From the human T2T-CHM13v2.0 reference genome, Homo sapiens: a DNA stretch of 64,000 nucleotides. This document shows positions 52,787-64,000 of this stretch, piece by piece. The position numbers and the translations under genes were made by a program. The notes below the pieces were generated by a model that saw only the letters and a list, made by a program, of their open reading frames with translations, was not told where the DNA came from and ran no database searches. The DNA is taken from assembly GCF_009914755.1 (NCBI RefSeq), contig NC_060935.1; one strand, written 5' to 3'. The number at the start of each line of letters is the position of its first letter. The stretch's first letter is position 1.

Positions 52787-52865
52787 ACAAGGCTCTGCCA
52801 CTTGAGAATAGTGTGACCTTTGACTATACAAGGCTCTGCCACTTAAGAATAGTGTGACCTTTAAC
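52787..52865. repeat. 41-bp tandem duplication within a MIR
   Basis: acaaggctctgccactt(g/a)agaatagtgtgaccttt occurs at 52787 and 52828. Confidence 0.9.
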
Positions 52866-53199
52866 CAGTTCATAATTCAGTTTCCTTATTGGTTAAATTG
52901 GTGTAAAAACAGTATCTATCTTGTGAGATTGTTGTAACAAAGGAGATCGTGCAGGGCTCTGCATCTCACAGTGAGTACTTGATGCATAGCAAGCTTTTAA
53001 TGCATGTTACCTGTTATCATTATGATTATCCCAACAGCCTAGGGTAGGGAGCCAAAGTTTCTAGTAACATGAAATTTAGTAGAGACAAATATAAAATCTT
53101 GCACTTATACCTGCAAAAGGAAACCACACACTTACAGGTGTGATTATATTATATATTGCTTTTTCTAGGAAAAGACCTAAATGCTTTAATTCATTGATA

Positions 53200-53400
53200 T
53201 CACAGTGCTGTGTGACATGGCTGCTACCCAAAATAAGCATAGTCATCGACTGAAGAAATAGGTGTGAGATTGTCTCTAGGATAACAGAGGGGCTTTGCAC
53301 AGTTCTGAGTAAGTTTAATATGCGATCGCTCTATCCTGGCCATCGTATTTTAAGAAGGAAGCTGGTATATGGGAAAACATCTTGAAAGATGTAAACAATA
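53200..53400 (+). mobile_element. L3/CR1 fragment (continues at ~53960-54048 and ~56175-56290)
   Basis: tgtgacatggctgctacccaaaa, cagttctg...attttaagaagga; later gttagatttcggtttaatgttaagaaaagcttt and aatgggctgct...gagttcctc. Confidence 0.5.
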
Positions 53401-53509
53401 TAATAAATAAGGACTCATTATATATAATAAATCATCTGAGAGATAATTATACAAATTAGTTTTTCAACCTGGGTTGAGATTTCTCAAATATATTTAAGTA
53501 TTTTTATAA

Positions 53510-53921
53510 GGATGGCAGTTTTAAAACATAGCCTCCCAAATTATTTGACCCTCCTCCCATCTAGAGGTGGGGTTTATGTCCCCACCTCCTAAATCTGGAC
53601 TCTGAGACTCTTGGTCAGTAGAATGTGGTACAAGTGATGCTGTGCCAGTTTTTGAGCCAAGGCCTTAAGAAACTGATGGCTGCCACTTTCCTTCAGGCCA
53701 GTTGCTCTTAGAACCCAGCTGAGGTCCCAGCTAATAGCCATCATCAACCAGCAGATATGTCAGATGACTACAACCCCAGCTACCTATGACATCAATTGCA
53801 TGAGAGGCTCCAAATAAGAACCGCCCCCATTCAACCCCCAGAACCATGAAAAACAATAAAAAGATTCCAGTTATTTTAAGTCACATAATTTTCTGTTACA
53901 CAACAATAGGTTGCTGGGGCA
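53510..53921 (+). mobile_element. MLT1G-like solo LTR
   Basis: ctcctcccatctagaggtgggg...gtagaatgtggtacaagtgatgctgtgccagtt...ccagaaccatga. Confidence 0.75.
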
Positions 53922-54242
53922 ACGTGGAAGAGGAATTTGACTTTTTCTGTATAGCTACAACAAGTAAAACTAGTCTATAGGAAGCTCCAAGCACTCTAGG
54001 ATAGTAAGTACAGGCAGTTAGATTTCGGTTTAATGTTAAGAAAAGCTTTGTGTAAAGTGTTGGGAGGATATGGAAAAAAGGAATCCCTTGTACACTGTTT
54101 TCCCAGTGTAAATTAGGACAGCCATAATGGAAAATAGTATGGAGGTTCCTCAAAAACTAAAAATGGAACTACCATATGAACCAGCAATCCAACCTCTGGG
54201 TCTACATGCAAAGGAAATAAAATCAGTATATTGAAAAGAAGT

Positions 54243-54261
54243 CTTGGATAAAGAAACTGTG

Positions 54262-54297
<36 letters not shown>

Positions 54298-54679
54298 GGT
54301 GGAATACTACTCAGCCATGAAAATGAATGCATTTGCAGCAACCTGGATGAGATTGAAGACTATTATTCTAAGTAAAGTAACTCAGGAATGGAAAACCAAA
54401 CATTGTATATTCTCACTGATATGTGGGAGCTAAGCTATGAAGATGCAAAGGCATACAATGTATTTGGAGGACTTGGGGGAAGGTGGAGGAGGGATAAAAT
54501 ACTACAAATATGGTGCAATGTATACTGCTCAGGTGAGGGGTGCACCAACATCCCACAAGTCACCACTAAAGAACTTAATCATGTAGCCAAATACCACCTG
54601 TACCCCAATAACATATGGAAATATAATACTAAAAAATATATTTAAAAAATAAAGACAATATTTTCCTATATAAAAACAA
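54243..54679 (+). mobile_element. L1PB-type 3' end with internal (TG)n(TA)n
   Basis: gtaactcaggaatggaaaaccaaacat...caccactaaagaactta; TSD gaaaagaagt at 54233-54242 and 54680-54689. Confidence 0.88.
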
Positions 54680-54831
54680 GAAAAGAAGTATGCATTTCCA
54701 TGCTCATTGCAGCACTATTCACAACACTTGAGATATGGAAACAACGTAACTGTCCATCAACAGATGCATGAAGACTATGTTTGTATATATACACAATGGA
54801 ATACTATTCAGCCTTTAAAAAGAAGGAAATC

Positions 54832-55372
<541 letters not shown>

Positions 55373-55701
55373 AAAGAAGGAAATCCTGTCATTTGTGACA
55401 ACATGGAAACGTGGATATACTTGAAGAACATTATGTTAACTCAAATAGAAAGATAAATGCCACATGATCTCACAAATATGTGGAATGTAAAAAAGTCAAA
55501 TTTATAAGAGCAGAGAATAGAATAGTGGTTACTAGAGGTGATAGAGGAGACAGGAGGGATTGGTAATGGGGAGATGTTGATCAAAGGATACGAAATTTCA
55601 GTTAGGCAGGAGGCAAGTTGAAGAGGTCTGTTTTACATCATGGTGATTATACTAATGGTAATAACAATATATTGTATACTTTAAAATTGCTAAGAGAGTA
55701 G

Positions 55702-56011
<310 letters not shown>

Positions 56012-56419
56012 AGAGAGTAGATTTTAAGTCTTCTCACCACAAAAAAAGTTACATGAGGTAATATATACGTTAATTAACCTGTTTTAGCCATTCCGAAGTG
56101 TATACATATATCAAAACGTCATGTTGTATATCATAAGTATTTGCAATTTTTATTTGTCAACTAAAAAAATTAGGTAGAGCTTTCTGAAAATTGAATCTAT
56201 CAAACCACAAATGGGCTGCTAAACAGGGCACTGAGTTCCTCTTACCAAATATACCAAAATTGAGGCCATGTGATTGCAGGTCCCAGATATTACAGAGGAT
56301 TTAGGTCATGGGGGATTGTGAATTTGGTCAGAATCTGTGTTCGTCGGTTGGTTATTTGGTTGATCTCCCAGTTTGCCTAAAAAAGAGTTTGTTACCTAAA
56401 AGGTACTGGATAAATATTT

Positions 56420-56617
56420 CATTTATTCATTCAACAAATATTTATGGAATTCTTACTACATTCTAGGCACTGTTGTAGATGCTAGGAATATGTCTGAACA
56501 AAATAGATGAAAATTCATTCTCTGTGGAGCTCAGGTTCTAGTAAAAGCAGATATGTGATAACCACGTAAGTGAAATATATAACATATTAGGTAACGATAA
56601 AGTGTCAAGGACCAATA
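56420..56617 (-). mobile_element. L2 3' end
   Basis: ttcattcaacaaatatttatgg...ctaggcactgttgtagatgctagg. Confidence 0.75.
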
Positions 56618-56923
56618 AAGTAGTTGCCCCTTTTCCATAGGGGATATGTTCCCAGATCCCCAGTGGATGCCTGAAACTCTGCAGATAATACCAAACCCTA
56701 TATATGCTATCGTTTTTCTTGTACATACATACCTATGACAAAGCTTAATTTATAAATTAGGCACAGTAAGAGTTCAATGACAATGATGATGTAGAAGAGT
56801 TATAACAATATACTGTCATAAAAGTTATGTGATTGATCTCTGTCTCACAAAATAGCTTATTGTGCTGAACCACAGGTAACTGAAGTTGTGGAAAGTAAAT
56901 CCAAAGATAGGAGCAGACCACTG
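56618..56923 (+). mobile_element. MER44A-like (TcMar-Tigger MITE)
   Basis: TA-flanked; agtagttgcccc...ccccagtggatgcctgaaac...aatttataaattaggcacagtaagag...gaccactg. Confidence 0.82.
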
Positions 56924-57329
56924 TATAAAACAGGGGAGGGGGATATGTAATATCTGAAGAATGATTTTCCATTATAAATACAATAGCCTGGAAATAATCA
57001 TTTGTGGTGAATTAATGGATAAGGAAAATGCCAGAGTTTAACTCTTCGGCTTAAAAATATTGAATATATTCTTAGACACTCTTGTAATCACTGGGAACAA
57101 GGCAGTAGACAAGATCCAAGATCTCCGCTTTTAGGCAGTTTATATACTTATCTTCTACTTGGGGAAAGGAGACAACAAAAATAAATTCATCAGGCAATTT
57201 CAGTGAGTGAGAAGTGTGCCCTCCCACCAGCTTCCATAACTTCAAAATTCTCAGTGTCTGACCATTTTTGGTCCTACGAAGCTCTTGTTTCTTCCAGGAA
57301 TAGACTTAAAGACATGTTTCTTGTTGTAA

Positions 57330-57730
<401 letters not shown>

Positions 57731-58629
57731 TAGGTGATAGCTGTTATCATCTAAAGAAATTAATCTTTCAGGCTTTGGATTAATTGCCAGCACCACTGAT
57801 TATTGATTGGCAATAAGAGCAGAAAATCTAGGTGAGGATGGTTCTCTGTTCTTTTGTGAGGCTGTAGCAGAGCGAGAGTACACACGGGTCACTTCTAAAC
57901 AATGGTGCGTTTCTTGCATCCTTAATAAGAAATGATGCAGAAGAGGAGATGATGGGGATTTATCTCAGCTAGTTTTGCTTTGATCTTCACTGCTGCTACT
58001 CCTTTCATATGGGCTAATTCGAAGGGAGGTTTCAGGCCTAACGTATTACGAAGTCTGAAGTCTGAGAATCTGATGGAATGATTGATGATGCCATTGATGA
58101 TTCCATTAATCATTGATGATTAATATTCCAGGCACAAATGTGGCAAGGCAGATGAATGGGTCCAGAGAAATAATAATGAAAATTCAGACTTTGAGGTTAG
58201 CAGTGTAGTTCAGTTCAGCAAACATTTATCCAGAGGACACTAGGTTTCAGAAAAGGATGAAAAAGACAAGGTTCCTGCTTTTGAGTAGCTCACCGTGCAC
58301 TGAAGGAGACAGACATGGGAATAAATCATTTCAGGAGACTGGATGAATGTCCACAAAAGTGAGCACAGTTTGAGGAGTGGCTAAAAATCATTCTGCATTA
58401 TCTTCATAATCTTTAGATTGGTAGTGTTCTCAGTTATGTAAACTGGGTATGAACCTCAGAGTGCATGGTTAAAACTGTCCACCTCTAGCTGACCCCCCAT
58501 GAGTAGAATCATAACACTAGAAGCACTTGGGAGATTATATGTTAATTTTCATACAGAGACCCTCAGTGTCTGAATGTTCTTTTCACTTATTATCATAGGG
58601 AAGAGTTGTAGGTAAGTGAATTCTTGATT

Positions 58630-60070
58630 TCATAGAATATTTGTCACTTAGAGCTGTACCAGGTGCCAGAACATAACAATGAATAAGAGACAGTTCTCTT
58701 GACCTCAAATTGCTCACAGTCTAGAAGGATTGAATGGAGGTCAACAAGCAAATAGACACTTAAAATGCAGGATGATAATTAGTGTCCTAGAACTATACAC
58801 ATAGTGGCATAGAAACATACTAAGGGCACCTACATAGGTCTGCAGGAGGCAGGGAATGGCTTTACAGGAATGTTTGGATTGAGGCTTCTAGAATGAGTCA
58901 GGTATATTCCCAGGAGAGGGCATTCCATGAAGACAAATGGCTGTGCAAAGGAATGGAGCTATAAGAGCATGGCATGCTCAGGACCTCCCAAGCTCACCAT
59001 GTAACTGAGCATAGAGATGAGAAAGAGGCAGACAGTACAGGCTGATCAACAAAGCCAGATGCAGAGAGAATCCAGCCAGATCTTTGTCCTCAAGGAGCCC
59101 CTGAAGAGTATTACGCAAATCAGCGACATGATCAGATTTTTGAAGAAGAAATATCACTCTACAACAAAGGCAAAGGCTGAAGGCAGGGAGGCCAGGAGGC
59201 TACTGTGGCCATCCAAGCAAGATGCAAGGGGGGTCTGTAATAGGGCAGTGTGGCAGAAGAGTTGGCATGGGGTGAGGGGTGTGTGTGAGATACCTGTTGG
59301 TCCCCAAGTTCAATTGGATATAGATAGTTAGACAGAGGGATGCCTAGGATTCTAGTGTGCACCAGTGTGTGAGTAGATAGGGGTGCCATTTATTAAGACA
59401 ATGGACATAGGAAAAGGAGGAGGTTTGAGGGTATTGATTTCAGTTTGTGACTTTTGGGGTGCTAGGATCCAGAAAGTAGATTACTAGTAAATAGTTGATC
59501 ATGTTGGTTTGGTGATCAGGAAATAGGCTTAGGCACAAGAGATACACATTGGAGAATTAGCAGCATGTAGGTAGTAGATGAAACCATGGGTAAGGAGATG
59601 GAGGAGTAATTGGCAAAAAGGCAGGAAAAGCAGATTGGAGCTATGTTGTTAAGGCCCTTGAACCATCTCAGAAGGTTTTGCAAGGTGAGACTGATTTGGC
59701 TAAAGAGACTGTTCAAGTAGGACCTGCATTAGAGCCTCATTTATTAAATAAGCATGAATGGAGCATGTTCTGTGGCTTGACACAGGGGTGAGAGCAGTGA
59801 GAAAACAAGCACAGTCTGTCTTTGCCCTTATGCAGTTTATCCACTTAAGTGGAGAATCATGTATTTAATTAATTTCCACAATGGTAAGTGCTACAAAAGA
59901 AAAGCATAGGGTGATTTAACAGTACAGAATGAGGGGGCGGGAAAGCTGGCACTTGGTCTGTGGGGTCAGAGAAGGTAGCCTTAAGGAAGTGACATTTCAG
60001 CTGGACTTAAAGGGTGAGTAGGCAAGCTCCACAGAAAGGATAGGGACAGCTCTCCAAAGAAAAGAGGACC
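58630..60070 (-). mobile_element. L2 fragments
   Basis: Several antisense L2 motifs (gacctcaaattgctcacagtctag, gggaggccaggaggcta, gggtcagagaagg...ggaagtgacatttcagctg). Confidence 0.6.
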
Positions 60071-61576
60071 TGAAGGATGCCCTTATGGCCTGAGGGAGCT
60101 GGGTGCTTGCAGTAACATGATGACGAGTGACCCGCTATGCGTAGCACTCCTGAGAGATTCTTCAAGGGCTGTGCAGCTACCACACTTCCCGCCTGTAGGT
60201 AGACACCTCAAGGATTTGGGTTTGTAAATCCAGGTCCGTTTCAAAGAAAAACATTTTATAGCAGCAGCATCCTCTAGTGAGCAGCGAACTGTTGCCAAGA
60301 GGGGCTCCTTTCCCTGGCAGCCACCTATCCCTGAAGCAGCTCCAGAACACTGTCTCAGAGCCCATTGCAGGGCATTAATTGACAAGGAGGTGATTTTGTG
60401 CACGATGAAGACATTGAGAGTTGTCTGAATTTGGACAGGCTGCTCAAGCAGAAAAGAGAGGCAGAGTAGTTGAGCAGCCAAGAAATCAATATGTTTGGTC
60501 AACACAGGTCACCTGGGAGTGTAACATTTGCGTTCACCAGCAGCAGCAGAATGTGCCTCTTCAGAACTGGCATGTCAAGGAATTAGCTCAAGAGTCAAAA
60601 TCCAACCTTGGCACATTTTGGTCCCAATGTGGTTCTTTTGTGAAACACAACAAAGCAATTGGGAAAATAACCTTGGAAGGAAACTTGATTGATTTTTCAA
60701 AGAAAGCGAGAACTTGTATGAAAATTTATCTTAAGTCTATTAAAGCTATCCTCCTAGGCAGCTTGTAAGAGAAACTAAACTAGATTGCAATTCCATTTTG
60801 CAAAAAGGCTTTAATGTGTTTTCCCACATTTTTGGCCTTTGTTTCAGTTATACCTGTCAGGTTGTTTTATTAGGTGAAAAAATAGCTGACCAGCTGCTTT
60901 GATTCACTGTTGTTTTTCTCCTATTGATGTTGAGCGCATCTTTATGTTCCTTCCAGCCTCCAAGTACATATATGGAAGTAATAATCTGTTTCATTCAAGC
61001 TAATGATTTAAAGATTAAATATGGGTTCTTCCTTTTTTTGTTAAACAGAACATTAACAATTTCCAAAAGTTTAATACCTAGCTTTACCACTTATTAACAA
61101 TGGTCTGTTTTGAGCCTCTGTTTTCTCAATTGTGAAATGGGAATAAATAAACCTGCTTCACTTACTGAAGAGGATATTTTGGAAAGTGAATGAGATAATG
61201 CATGAAAGAGTGCGTTATAAACTGTGCCACACTATCGACATGTTAGGTGTTAATATCATACTGATTATCACTATGACTAATAAGAAAATTATTTACACTA
61301 GGATGCAAAGTCTATATATTCTGTGAAAATTATGTATGTGCTCTTCATTACTCTTTTCTATCTCAATTTTCACAGGCACACATGAGAACAGCATCATAGT
61401 GACATGGAGAGAGGTGTACATCCCCCTCCCATTTTCCAGAGAGAAATAGAAAAATATTTTGCAATTGTTAAAGACATTGTAATGTACTTAAAATCAGACA
61501 TCAAACAGTGGAACATATATCATAGTTTTCCTTTTGTTCAATGACAATGTAAAAATCAAATCTTAACATGGAGATG

Positions 61577-61928
61577 TGTCTTAGTCTGCTCTGGTTGCTG
61601 TAATAAAATACCATAGGCTGGATGGCTTAAATAACAGAAATTTATTGTTCACAATTCTGGAAGCTGGGAAGTCTAAAATCAAGGCACTAGCAGATTCAGT
61701 GTCTAGTGATAGCTTGTTCCTCCTAGATGGTGCCTTCTGGTCATGTCCTCATATGGTGGAAGGGAAAAGCAAGCCTTCACAGCCTCTTTCGAAGGGCACT
61801 AATCCCATTCATGAGGGTTTGATCCTCATGATCTAATCACCACCTAAAGGCCCCACCTCCTAATACTATTGCATTGGAAATTAGGTTTTAACATATGAAT
61901 TTTGAAGGGTTACATTCAGACTATAGCA
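61577..61928 (-). mobile_element. MLT1A/A0-like solo LTR
   Basis: tgtcttagtctg...aagggcactaatcccattcatgaggg...cattcagactatagca. Confidence 0.85.
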
Positions 61929-61931
61929 TGA

Positions 61932-62199
61932 AGACTGGAAAGTCCAAGGTCAACATTCCAGCAGGGCTCATTTTGTGGTGTGGGCTCTCTTCCTGGCTTG
62001 CAGACAGCTACCTTCTTTTGTGTGTTCACATGGCAGAGAGAGATTGGGATCTCTAGTGTTTCTTTGTCTTTTATAGGGACATGAGTTCTGTCAGATCAGG
62101 ACTCAATCCTTATGATCTCATTTAACCTTAATAACCACATATGGGCAGTTAGAGCATCAATATATGAATTTTAAGGGGGACACAATTCAATCTATAGAA
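61932..62199 (-). mobile_element. MLT1B-like partial LTR
   Basis: ctctcttcctggcttgcagacagc...ccttatgatctcatttaacctt...gggggacacaattcaa. Confidence 0.7.
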
Positions 62200-62305
62200 A
62201 GATGAAAAAAGAGAAGAAAATGAATACTAAAAGAATTTGGATAGGATAGCATTGTCCGTGCATTAGAAGAAACACCCATAGGTTAACATGTAATAGCAAG
62301 AATAA

Positions 62306-62343
62306 TTTTCTCCTTTCTGATCACATCATACTCTCTTTTTCAG
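62306..62343 (+). promoter_or_regulatory. 3' splice site: candidate branch point, polypyrimidine tract and AG
   Basis: ttttctcctttCTGATcacatcatactctctttttcAG; candidate branch A at 62320. Confidence 0.8.
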
Positions 62344-62658
62344 GTGACTGTGACAGATGGTGGTCCCTCTCCAAAACAGTCAACCATTTGGGTGGTGGTT
62401 CAGGTTCTAGATGAAAATGACAACAAGCCCCAGTTCCCAGAGAAGGTCTACCAGATCAAGCTGCCAGAACGTGACCGAAAGAAGAGAGGAGAACCGATTT
62501 ACAGGGCTTTTGCATTTGATAGAGATGAGGGCCCCAACGCAGAAATCTCCTACAGTATTGTGGATGGGAATGATGACGGAAAGTTCTTTATTGACCCTAA
62601 AACTGGGATGGTTTCTTCTAGAAAGCAGTTTACAGCAGGCAGTTATGACATCCTAACG
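62344..62658 (+). CDS. FAT3: Internal coding exon of FAT atypical cadherin 3 (end of one cadherin repeat plus most of the next; 105 aa, phase 0-0)
   Basis: Translation [105 protein letters not shown] has cadherin Ca-binding motifs (DENDNxPxF, DxDxGxN) and matches my recollection of FAT3 rather than FAT1. It is flanked by ctctctttttcag| and |gtaaga. Length is 315 nt with no stop; the ORF-track extension past 62658 is intronic. Confidence 0.95.
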
Positions 62659-63335
62659 GTAAGATCTTCCAAACTCCAGCAGCACAGCAGATGGGGGGAA
62701 GTGGTTATGTTCTTATTCAAGTATACTCCTTTGAGCAATAAATCTTTAGAGTAAAAAGTGAAGCCACACAGCTGTGGAAGGGTTCTTTCTGGGAGGCAAG
62801 TGCAGGTGAGAACTCTTGCCTGTTTCATTGATATTCTTAAATGACGAGACAATTTCCTTTGGTTGTGTCCTGTCAGCATTTTCCCCCATTCCCAGGCCAC
62901 AGCCTGTTTCACCACATACTCAACCACTCTTTCTGCAGCCCTAAATCATCCTCAAAGTGCTGAACATAGATGCAAACTAGCGGTAGGGGAACAGCAGGGC
63001 AACACATCCTACCCACCACTGAACATATCTCTCAACATGTCCCCGAGACTTCCCATAGAAAACAACTTTTGAAATTATCAACAATGTGATAGAGCATGGA
63101 TATAGCTGTGTAAATTGTGAGACACAAATCACAATGATGTTTATTCCATAAAAACTGAAAAAACTCAAGTATAAAGTGACTGAATTTTTTATTAAATTAG
63201 AAAAGTAAAAACAAGCACGGGCACCATGTCATGTAGAAACTTAAAGCTCCTGTATCTACAGTGCCAGTGTGCTCCCCTGATCCCAACCACTTTAGACAGG
63301 TAGTACCTATTCCAGAAAGGCAGCTGGTATCCTTA

Positions 63336-63700
<365 letters not shown>

Positions 63701-64000
63701 CTAGGTCTGTCCTTTATTATTTTAAACGATGGCCTGAGTCCCTTGATTTATCCTTTCTCTCCTGTGGTCTAGACGTGGGCTCCTTGCTGTGCTCGGTTAT
63801 GTGTCCAGAACAGTGGGCAGAGAAAAAAAATATAGTAAAACACCAGCTCTGTATCTACTGTTAGAAGCTCTGATGTGCTGTATGCCATTGCAGCTATGTG
63901 AGACTTGCAGTTTGGGAATCTGAGGACTGGATAGATTCAAGTGGATACTGTTGGTGTCCTGCCCCAATCCCATTCTCAGACTGCAAGTATTGGCTGTCAA

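Noticed and set aside
60083-60768. 140-aa and 115-aa ORFs
   Set aside because: No recognisable domain or exon boundaries; lengths are compatible with chance.
62659-62754. C-terminal part of the 136-aa ORF (VRSSKLQQH...)
   Set aside because: Lies after the gtaaga donor and cadherin similarity stops there; intronic read-through.

Overview
Primate (human-like) genomic DNA: AT-rich, CpG-depleted and dense in Alu, L1, L2, MIR, MaLR-LTR and DNA-transposon fossils. The window is almost entirely one long intron of a + strand giant cadherin gene. The only convincing coding sequence is a 315-nt phase 0-0 internal exon (62344-62658) whose translation I recognise as FAT3. I found no bacterial-type systems (CRISPR, operons) and cannot support a claim of a new biological system. 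The observations most worth checking are: (i) a ~320-bp, ~90% identical inverted duplication of a MIR/L2 junction with arms 2.9 kb apart; (ii) a full-length THE1C (MaLR) element whose internal ORF is nearly intact behind a 5' LTR that keeps TATA- and DUX4-type motifs; (iii) a 2.55-kb TGG/TGA/TGTGA repeat with internal higher-order structure; (iv) one L1-endonuclease site used twice, by a U13 snoRNA retrocopy and then an Alu; (v) a ~43-nt retroposed RNA with tail and target-site duplication (TSD); (vi) two candidate cryptic FAT3 exons. Repeat subfamily names come from recalled consensus sequences, and boundaries of old repeats are approximate.
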